Below, piece after piece: positions 35,489 to 44,929 of a DNA stretch of 64,000 nt. The position numbers and the translations under genes are program-made. Under the pieces are notes generated by a model that saw only the letters and a program-made list of their open reading frames with translations, had not been told where the DNA came from and ran no database searches. Source of the DNA: Octopus sinensis (taxonomy: Eukaryota); the NCBI RefSeq assembly GCF_006345805.1, contig NC_043004.1, positions 26,722,001 to 26,786,000 of the forward strand, read 5' to 3'. Position 1 is the stretch's first letter. Each line of letters starts with the position of its first letter.

Positions 35489-38242
35489 GTGCTCCATCAT
35501 AGTTTAGCAACTATTATATCGGCCTATGCCCCTCAGCCAGGGTTACCCGATGGACAGAAAGACCGTTTCTATGACACCCTACTGCAGACCACCTCATTGA
35601 CGAACAACAGGGACCTTCTCTTTGTGGCTGGTGACTTCAATGGGCATGTTGGACGATATGCTGAGGGCTTCTATGGCGTTCATGGAGGCTATGGTTATGG
35701 TTCTCGCAATGAGGAGGGAACCAGGCTGCTGGAGTTCTGTGATGCGAATAGTCTTATGGTTTGCAACACTAACTTCAGGAAACCAACAGGCCACTTGGTC
35801 ACCTACCGTTCGGGCCAGCATACTAGCCAAATCGACTACATCCTTGCCAGAAAAAGGGAAAGATGGCTGCTTATGAATGCCAAAACCTTCCCAGGCGAAG
35901 AATGTACCCCACAACATAGAATGGTAGTCAGTGACTTTAGGATCAGGACTAAGAGGACGACTAGAAGACGACCAACATGGAGAAGAAGGGTCTGGAAGCT
36001 TAAAGACCCTGCTAACGGACAGAGATTTAGAGACATGTTACTTGAAGCCTTCGACGAAATAGAAGGGGGCATAGCTACACATGGGGTAGAAGATAACTGG
36101 GCGTTTCTAAGGGACAACCTGCTGAAAGCCACTGACCAGATCTGTGGCTGGTGCAAAGTCCCCACAAGACCCAAAATAACGTGGTGGTGGAACAATACTG
36201 TTGACAGGGCTATTAGACAAAAGAAACAGGCTTGGAAGGACTGGAAGAACGGTGGTAGCAGGGAAGTGTATCAGACTGCAAGAAGGGAAGCTAGGAGGCA
36301 GGTTTATTTAGCCAGAGGGGAAGCAGATAGGAAAAAATTTGCCAATGTCCTGCGCTGTGAGGATGAAAGACTTGAGGTATTTCGTATAGCAAGACAGTGT
36401 GTGAGTGAGAATCGTGATGTGGTAGGAGAAAAATGTGTTCGCACGGATGACGGCTCACTTGCGCTAAATGAGGATGCAAAGAGAGAGGTTTGGAGAAGCC
36501 ACTATGAAAGGTTGCTGAATGAGGAAAATGAATGGGATAAAGAGAGTCTGCCGAATGTTGACCCAACAGAGGGACCAGCAATCCGAGTTGACAGTTCCTT
36601 AGTAGATAAGGCAATTAAAAGCATGAAAACAGGGAAAGCCCCAGGCCCATCAGGAATTACTGCAGAGATGCTCAAAATATCTGGTAGTGTCGGCTATAGC
36701 CTAGTCACCCGTATAGTTAACCAGGTGATACACGAAGGAGTCATTCCCAATGATTGGTGTAGCAGCATAATAGTCAGCTGCTACAAAGGTAAAGGTGACG
36801 CCCTAGATACAAATAACTACAGGGGTATCAAGCTGCTGGATCAGGTAATGAAGGTTACGGAGAGGGTTATAGCCCAACTAATTAGAGAGAGAGTTAGCCT
36901 AGATCAGATGCAGTTTGGGTTCGTGCCAGGGAAAAGTACTACTGATGCTATTTTCATGGTAAGACAGCTGCAAGAGAAATACCTAGCCAAAGACAAGCCC
37001 CTATACCTGGCTTTTGTTGATATGGAGAAAGCCTTCGACAGGGTCCCCCGATCCCTCATCTGGTGGTCAATGAGGAAAGCAGGGATAGATGAATGGTTAG
37101 TGAAAGCTGTACAAGCCATGTACAGAGACGCTGCTAGTAAGGTGAGGGTTGGCACCGAGTACAGTGAAGAATTCAGGGTAGAGGTTGGGGTCCACCAAGG
37201 TTCAGTCCTCAGTCCCCTCCTATTTATCATAGTCCTCCTGGCAATAACGGAGGAATTCAAGACAGGATGCCCCTGGGAGCTCCTCTATGCTGATGACCTT
37301 GCTCTAATTGCTGAGTCTCTATCAGAACTAGAGGAGAAGTTTCAGGTATGGAAACAAGGTTTAGAATCGAAGGGCCTTAGAATCAACCTAGCCAAAACCA
37401 AAGTCCTAATAAGTAGGAAGGTAGACCAATCACAAACGCCTTCAGGTAGATGGCCCTGCTCGATCTGTAGAAAAGGTGTAGGTAGAAACTCTATAAGATG
37501 CACCAAGTGTAAGCTATGGACACATAAGAGGTGCAGCAATGTCAAAGGAAGGCTAACTAGGAAGATGATTTTTGTATGTGGCAGATGCTCAGGAACAATT
37601 AACACTGAAAATGCTCTGAGACCAACTTCCGCCACTTTCCAGGGAGAAAAGCTAGAAGTAGTTGATAGTTTCCGTTACCTAGGTGACCAAGTCAGTAGCG
37701 GGGGCGGGTGCGCTGAAAGTATAATTGCTAGAGTAAGAATAGCCTGGGCAAAGTTTAGAGAGCTCTTACCCATGCTGGTGACAAAAGGCCTCTCGCTCAA
37801 AGTAAAAGGTAGACTGTATGATGCATGTGTACGTACAGCCATGCTACATGGTAGTGAAACTTGGGCTGTGACTGCTGAGGATTTGCGTAAGCTCGCAAGA
37901 AATGAAGCTAATATGCTCCGATGGATGTGTAACGTCAGTGTTCATAATCGACAGAGTGTAAGTACCTTGAGAGAAAAGTTGAACCTAAGAAGCATCAGTT
38001 GTTGTGTGCAAGAGAGACGTATGCGCTGGTATGGTCATGTGATGAGAATGGCTGAAGATAGTTGTGTGCGAAAGTGCCACACCCTGGCAGTTGAGGGGAC
38101 CTGTGGAAGAGGTAGACCCAGGAAAACCTGGGTCGAGGCGGTGAAGCATGACCTTCGAACTTTAGGTCTCACCAAGGAAATGACCAGTGACCGAGACCTT
38201 TGGAAGTATGCTGTGCGTGAGAAAACCCGGCAAGACCAGTGA
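35489..38242 (+). CDS. RTE LINE polyprotein (5'-truncated APE endonuclease, RT, PHD-like finger), uninterrupted 917-aa frame
   Basis: SAYAPQ, GDFNGHVG, SQIDYIL, PQHRMVV (APE) and NYRGIKLL, DMEKAFDRV, GVHQGSVLSP, LLYADDL, FRYLG (RT). The GTG start lies at the truncation junction and is probably not a true start. Confidence 0.95.
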   Translation: MLHHSLATIISAYAPQPGLPDGQKDRFYDTLLQTTSLTNNRDLLFVAGDFNGHVGRYAEGFYGVHGGYGYGSRNEEGTRLLEFCDANSLMVCNTNFRKPTGHLVTYRSGQHTSQIDYILARKRERWLLMNAKTFPGEECTPQHRMVVSDFRIRTKRTTRRRPTWRRRVWKLKDPANGQRFRDMLLEAFDEIEGGIATHGVEDNWAFLRDNLLKATDQICGWCKVPTRPKITWWWNNTVDRAIRQKKQAWKDWKNGGSREVYQTARREARRQVYLARGEADRKKFANVLRCEDERLEVFRIARQCVSENRDVVGEKCVRTDDGSLALNEDAKREVWRSHYERLLNEENEWDKESLPNVDPTEGPAIRVDSSLVDKAIKSMKTGKAPGPSGITAEMLKISGSVGYSLVTRIVNQVIHEGVIPNDWCSSIIVSCYKGKGDALDTNNYRGIKLLDQVMKVTERVIAQLIRERVSLDQMQFGFVPGKSTTDAIFMVRQLQEKYLAKDKPLYLAFVDMEKAFDRVPRSLIWWSMRKAGIDEWLVKAVQAMYRDAASKVRVGTEYSEEFRVEVGVHQGSVLSPLLFIIVLLAITEEFKTGCPWELLYADDLALIAESLSELEEKFQVWKQGLESKGLRINLAKTKVLISRKVDQSQTPSGRWPCSICRKGVGRNSIRCTKCKLWTHKRCSNVKGRLTRKMIFVCGRCSGTINTENALRPTSATFQGEKLEVVDSFRYLGDQVSSGGGCAESIIARVRIAWAKFRELLPMLVTKGLSLKVKGRLYDACVRTAMLHGSETWAVTAEDLRKLARNEANMLRWMCNVSVHNRQSVSTLREKLNLRSISCCVQERRMRWYGHVMRMAEDSCVRKCHTLAVEGTCGRGRPRKTWVEAVKHDLRTLGLTKEMTSDRDLWKYAVREKTRQDQ

Positions 38243-38289
38243 GAACAGTCAAAATCAAAATCAAACCAAATTGAGGTCGATCAACATCA

Positions 38290-38940
38290 GGGCCCCCGTG
38301 CAGGTGACACATAAAAGCACCATCCGTTCGTAGCCATTTGCCAGCCCTGTCTGGCCCCCGTGTCGGTGGCACGTAAAAGCACCATCCGTTTGTGTTCGTT
38401 GCCAGCCTGGCCTGGCCCCCGTGCCGGTGACACGTAAAAGCACCATCGGTTCGTGGCCGTTTGCCAGCCCTGTCTGGCCCCCATGTCGGTGACATGTAAA
38501 AGCACCATCCGTTCGTGGCCGTTTGCCAGCCCTGTCTGGCCCCCATATCGGTGACATGTAAAAGCACCATCCGTTCGTGTCCGTTGCCAGCCTCGCCTGG
38601 CCCCCGTGCCGGTGACACGTAAAAGCACCATCCGTTCGTGGCCGTTTGCCAGCCCTGTCTGGCCCCCGTGTCGGTGGCATGTAAAAGCACCATCCGTTCG
38701 TGTCCGTTGCCAGCCTCGCCTGGCCCCCGTGCCGGTGACACGTAAAAGCACCATCCGTTCGTGGCCGTTTGCCAGCTCTGTCTGGCCCCCGTGTTGGTGG
38801 CACGTAAAAGCACCATCCGTTCGTGTCCGTTGCCAGCCTCGCCTGGCCCCCGTGCCGGTGACACGTAAAAGCACCATCCGTTCGTGGCCGTTTGCCAGCT
38901 CTGTCTGGCACCTGTGCGGGTGGCATGTAAAAAGCACCCA
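38290..38940. repeat. 61/62-bp GC-rich tandem array in the RTE 3' UTR
   Basis: About 10.5 units of two variants; the AAAAGCACCATCCGTTCG motif recurs every 61 or 62 nt. Confidence 0.95.
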
Positions 38941-39223
38941 CTACACTCACGGAGTGGTTGGCGTTAGGAAGGGCATCCAGCCGTAGAAACACTGCCAGAT
39001 CTGACTGGGCCTGATGAAGCCTTCCAGCTTCACAGACCCCAGTTGAACCGTCCAACCCATGCTAGCATGGAGAATGGACGCTAAATGATGATGATGATGA
39101 TGATGATGATGCTTTGAAGAGAGCAGAAATTGAAAGAAAAGAGAAAGCAAAAAAAGGGAGAGAGAGCAGAAAGTGAAGGAAATAAGAAAATGAAAGATGT
39201 GTATATGAAATGGATGTGCGCGC

Positions 39224-39271
<48 letters not shown>

Positions 39272-39679
39272 ATGAGTGATGGTGTGTCTTGTGATGAAGG
39301 ATGTCTTCTAAGGTACACACAAATATAGAAAATGTGACATCGTTGTCATGGTATAAAATTCTTACAATGGTTTCCTTATGGAAAAGATTATAATTTCAAA
39401 TTTTTATAATGCAAATATGTCAATGAAAATAAAGTTTAATTGGTAGCGAAAATAGTACTGAATCTTTTGATATCTAATACATCAAAATCAGCAACTTACT
39501 TTTGGAATGCATAATGAACATACGTACACACACAGACAGACACACACATACAAATTCTCTTATATATATATGTATATATATAGATCTGTAAATGTAAGAT
39601 GTGACAATTATTCGGTAGCCATGATAAAACACCGAGTTTTAGATGCTGAAGTGGAAATCCATGATGCCACCTCTTCAGT

Positions 39680-39830
39680 TATCCGGCCATCGGAAAAATG
39701 CCCTCGCTTAATCAGGTCTGTAATTTTCTCCAAAAGTTTCTTAGCGTATAGTTCCCTTGATGGTATAGGTATGTTTTTCATAGAATAATCGATGTAATAT
39801 ACTGAATTCTTTTGCTGGGTAGAGTCCTCA
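39680..39830 (-). mobile_element. Penelope-like (Naiad-type) ORF start remnant
   Basis: DYSMKNIPIPSRELYAKKLLEKITDLIKR matches my recollection of the PLE N-terminal YSxKNIPIPS motif. Confidence 0.6.
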
Positions 39831-39902
39831 ACTGATGTCTGGCAATTTTACATAATATTGAGGTCTCTTTCTTTCTTTTGTTGTCTTACCGTTTTTTTAT
39901 CA

Positions 39903-39943
<41 letters not shown>

Positions 39944-40023
39944 AATCTTTCTTTACCTTTCTTTAGTAGATTCAGCTTGAGAGCTGCATCCATGTATGCA
40001 TATATGTATATATATATATATAT

Positions 40024-40352
40024 ATATATAAAAAAAGGAAATGAAGAAAATGCTGACAAAATAATTTAAGTAAGGGAGAGTGTATTTAATTAGGTGAAAG
40101 TTCTTTTTACCGGTTGCGCATTTGTTATGCTTATCAAAAGATATTTTTTAAGAGAGATTGAGTTCCTTTCTGATAGATTTTTCTCTCTTATCTCTCAGAT
40201 AAGAGAAAAAAATCTATCAGAAAGGAACTCAATCTCTCTTAAAAAATATCTTTTGATAAGCATAACAAATGCGCAACCGGTAAAAATTAAATACACTCCC
40301 CCTTACTTAAATTATTTTGTCAGCATTTTCTTCATTTCCTTTTTTTATATAT
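40024..40352. repeat. About 330-bp foldback inverted repeat with a 3-nt loop and a decayed HHR in each arm
   Basis: The arms are near-identical apart from a 13-nt segment present only in the left arm and two substitutions. Confidence 0.9.
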
Positions 40353-40380
40353 CACAACTCGTGTTCCACATCTCCTTTTT

Positions 40381-40415
<35 letters not shown>

Positions 40416-40635
40416 TGTTAATTTTGACAGTTTCATTTTCAGGAACAGCTTGATGTATTGGTTACAGTCAATAGTGTTGGAGAGCATAAAGATTATTGTA
40501 GTTGAGAAAAATTTAGTTGGCATGGAGGACTGGAAGCCAGGTGAATGTTGAAAAAGAGTTACCCGTATCATGGTGATTTGGGCTAGGTATCAAATTGCTA
40601 ATATCATGACTGTTGTTCAATATTTTCTGAATATA

Positions 40636-41044
40636 GGTGAAGGAGTGGCTGTGTGGTAAGTAGCTTACTGACCAACCACATAGTTCCGGGTTCAGTCCCA
40701 CTGTGTGGCACCTTGGGCAAGTGTCTTCTACTATAGCCATGGGCCGACCAAAGCCTTGTGAGTGGATTTGGTAGACGGAAACTGAAAGAAGCCCGTCGTA
40801 TATATGTATATATATGTGTGTGTGTTTGTGTGTCTGTGTTTGTCCCCCCAACATTGCTTGACAACCAATGCTGGTGTGTTTACATCCCCGCAACTTAGCG
40901 GTTCGGCAAAAGAGACCGATAGAATAAGTACTAGGCTTACAAAGAATAAGTTCTAGGGGTCGATTTCCTCGGTTAAAGGCGGTGATCCAGCATGGCCGCA
41001 ATCAAATGACTGAAACAAGTAAAAGAGTAAAAGAGTAAAAGAGT
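40636..41044 (+). mobile_element. SINE family 1, full length
   Basis: Matches 6100-6510. Confidence 0.9.
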
Positions 41045-41069
41045 GTAAAGAATGTAAAACATAACCTAA

Positions 41070-41620
41070 ATGAAAGCCATCCAAATTGTGAGCATTTTTG
41101 TGTATGTCTCAAGTGTGAGGTGATGTTAAGCTGCCCCACATCTTTGAATAGAGCCTTCGGCTCAATTCAGATGGCTATGTGAAGCTGCTGGAGAATGTGT
41201 TCAAACCCTAGCTGGAGTGGGTTGTTGCTGGAAGGCCATATGTGTTGCAGAAGGTATCAGCTCCTTGCCATACCTCCAGAAAGAGTCATTAGTGGTTGGT
41301 GGAGAATTTCTAAACAGCCCCAATTTCTGGCTACCTAATTTCCCCAATTGTAACCCCATGGATAACAATACCTGGAGCTTGATTGAGAAAGACATTAACC
41401 ACTGTGTTTGCAATACCAAGGCTGAGCTGGAGACCAAGATCAAGGAAGTGTTCATAGACTTTCCCAAGGACACAGAGAGGAATGCATGTGAAAGATTCCA
41501 GAGCCATCTTGAGGCCTTGAGGAAAGCTGAGGGTGGTTACTTGGAGTAAACTGTTATCTCCCAGCCATTATCTAATTTTCTGGATTTTTAAAAATACATT
41601 TATATTTGGATGGGATATAT
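41070..41620 (+). mobile_element. maT/DD37D-like transposase C-terminal fragment
   Basis: FWLPNFPNCNPMDNNTWSLIEKDIN...NTKAELETKIK...AEGGYLE. Confidence 0.8.
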
Positions 41621-41914
41621 TGTTTTTATTACTTAAATGTAATATTAGTTTCAAGTTTTGGCACAAGGCCAGCAATTTCGGGGATCAACCCTAGTATTCA
41701 ACTATTTTACTGATCCCAAAAGGACGAAAGGTAAAGTCAACCTTGGCAAAATTTGAACCCAGAACATAATGATGGACAAAATACTGGTAAGAAAATAAAT
41801 ATTGTTTTCTTTGTTTTTTATGCAAACTGGGAAATTTAGCCTGAACACCTAGTATATTTTTACAATACTTACATGCATATACATATTTACAATATACAAA
41901 AATATTTATATGAG

Positions 41915-42013
41915 TGTGTGTGATATATATGCATGTATGTATGTATGTATGTATGTATGTATGTATGTATGTATGTATGTATGTATGTATGTATGTATGT
42001 ATGTATGTATCTA

Positions 42014-42058
<45 letters not shown>

Positions 42059-42059
42059 A

Positions 42060-42091
<32 letters not shown>

Positions 42092-42912
42092 ATATATATA
42101 CATATATAACATATATATTTGTGTATATATATATGTGTGTGTGTATGCAAATACACACACACATGTATGTATGTATGTATGTATGTATGCATGTATGTAT
42201 TTATGTATGTATGTATGTACGTATGCATGCATGTATGTATGTATGTATGTATATAGGCATGCATTTGCACATTTAATATATATTTCTGATTTTCATTTCT
42301 TTCAGATCTCTTAAATACTTTGTCTCCATCAAAACATGGAATCAGTCCAACAAGGTAAATATATACAAATGTATAATTACACACATACATACATACACAC
42401 CTGTATATGTGTGTGTGTGTGCATGCATGTCTGTGGTGAATAATATATGTAAATAATATATAAATAGTACTTGGAAAGTGAATAAAAAATAGCATTGGGA
42501 AAAGCTAAGTAAAAGTATGGAGAAAAACACTTTAATCAATAATTTTGGTAAATAATAGCTTTGAGCTAGTCAGACATATTTATTGTACAAGATATTGACT
42601 AAGGAATAATGTGGAACTATGTTTGGGAATATCAATAAAGCTTTTAGGAAATTAAACTTGAAAATATTACTTGTTACATGGATTATTTCAATAGTTGGGA
42701 GATACAGAGATAAAGATAGAGAGTAAGGTAGAGGTGGAGATGTATAGAAGGAGTTGTGTTATTTAGGAGATACAAATATTCATATGTGTGTGAGTATGTA
42801 TATATATTATATATATATGAATATATGTGTCTGTATATATATATGAATATATGTGTATATATATACATGTATATATATATATATACATGTATTATATATA
42901 TATATATACATG

Positions 42913-42969
<57 letters not shown>

Positions 42970-43124
42970 AATATATGTGTAATATATACATATGTATATA
43001 TATATATATATGTATATATATATTATATGTATATACATATAATATATATATATGTATGTATATATGTGTGTGTGTGTGTGTTTGTATGTATATATATATA
43101 TATATACACACATATGCATATACA

Positions 43125-43171
<47 letters not shown>

Positions 43172-43213
43172 CATGTATATATATAATTTAGATATGTATA
43201 TATAATATATACA

Positions 43214-43249
<36 letters not shown>

Positions 43250-43356
43250 TATATATGTATATATATGCGTATATATATATTTATATGTGTGTGTATATAT
43301 ATACATATATATGTATATATATGTGTATATATATATTATATATGTGTGTGTGTGTA

Positions 43357-43402
<46 letters not shown>

Positions 43403-43473
43403 CGCCTTTCTGCCTTTCAGTTGTAAAATTGCAAATAAGCCACCCTTTTTATTTATATATACTATATATACAT

Positions 43474-43529
<56 letters not shown>

Positions 43530-43530
43530 G

Positions 43531-43562
<32 letters not shown>

Positions 43563-43625
43563 CATACATATATATATGTACACACACACACGTATATATG
43601 TATATATATATACACACACACACAT
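41915..43625. repeat. Large compound microsatellite field (TATG, TCTA, TA, TG)
   Basis: Direct inspection. Confidence 0.95.
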
Positions 43626-44929
43626 AATTACAGAGTGAAGAAGAGAGAAGGTTGCTATGAGATAGAGGTATACACAATGAAGAAACATTGACGGAAAGAT
43701 GGGATGGTTGAGTTACATTCATTGATTTTATTCAGTGCTGGTTGGTCAATGCTGTTGACATATTTTATTCTCAATATCTTATTTATATTCCATCTTGGAA
43801 AGTAAGTACCATTTTCTATTCTTTAACTCTATATTCACACAATGTACCGCAGTTTTGGTTGAGAAAAAGAATAATTTTGAGGTGTACTTGCCAGGGAAGC
43901 AATTTGATCCAAGTAAGTGCATTGAAACTAACATGATTGCTTCGCTCATTTATTAGTTATCATACAGTGTCAAAGTTTTTGTTGCTCAAACTGCAACCTC
44001 ATCACTAACATTATACTGCTGTGTGTTTTTGAATGCATATCATGTGTCTTCCACACTGCAATCATTAGATAATTCTTTTAATAATTCTAAAGCCAAATTT
44101 CTGTAATGCTGTATACATACATAGGATCTTTTCTTTTTGATGGACGGAATTTTCTAGTTAACTAAACAATTTGAAACTTCGTATACTGGTAGAATGTGTC
44201 AAAAGAAAACATTATTGTAAACAAAATTAAAAACTAAATTGTAATTCGTAAGTTTAACATAGTTTAATTCTTCGAATTTTAACCAATGAAATCCCAACAT
44301 TTGAGCTCAATTCATTTGCTGTGTCTAAGTAAACAGCACACACACACACACGTGTTATTCATCCTTCTCACTTCTGTCTTCTGTCTTCTGAATGTGCTAG
44401 AAATAACAGCTATATCTCTTAAATCGATGAATTTCGTTGCCCAATAAAAATATTGATGATATTTTTTGAATATTTTCTTTATTTTTTTTTTACCGAGAAG
44501 GCTTCTCCCATATCTATCTATCTAACTATCTATATATATATAAACAACTTATAAAATTGTGCTCATGACTTAGTGTTTTGCTTCTTCCATGGGTATGAGT
44601 AAGTATCTCATTTATTTCTTTGCCACATGTATCTCTGATGAAGGGAGAGTTCTTACGAACTAACGGTCCGATATGGTAATAATGGAATCTTTTTAGAAAT
44701 TTCTGTCGGCTTTTTTTTCAAGTAACATGCGTATTGTGATAAATTATATGGTAATGGACAATATGTCCAATTTTCAGCATATTTGGCATTAGAAACTGTT
44801 TCGTTTCCCCTTATTTATTTATAAGTTGTTTATAATTTTAACCTTTAAAGGCATTCTTTAATATTGCTGGCCATTGATAAAATTTTTTTTCTAAAAAAAT
44901 GTATATATATATATGTATATATATATATA

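Larger units (their letters stand above)
35489..39112 (+). mobile_element. Young RTE LINE including a repeat-containing 3' UTR and (ATG)n tail
   Basis: Continuous ORF, a 3' end conserved with other copies and a (GAT)n tail at about 39085-39112. No TSD found. Confidence 0.95.

Noticed and set aside
35594-37635. Antisense and alternative-frame ORFs over the RTE copies
   Set aside because: Shadow ORFs of the RT coding sequence.
38290-38940. CRISPR-like appearance of the regular GC-rich repeats (also 46000-48400)
   Set aside because: No unique spacers, no cas genes and a eukaryotic context; these are LINE 3' UTR repeats.
39011-39040. CTGATGA in the RTE tail as a hammerhead core
   Set aside because: No downstream GAAA, and other copies read CTGGTGCAG here.
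2399-43722. Many ORFs such as poly-Y/I, (HT)n, (YI)n, (CV)n and KERK-rich frames
   Set aside because: They are translations of microsatellites and show no coding signal.
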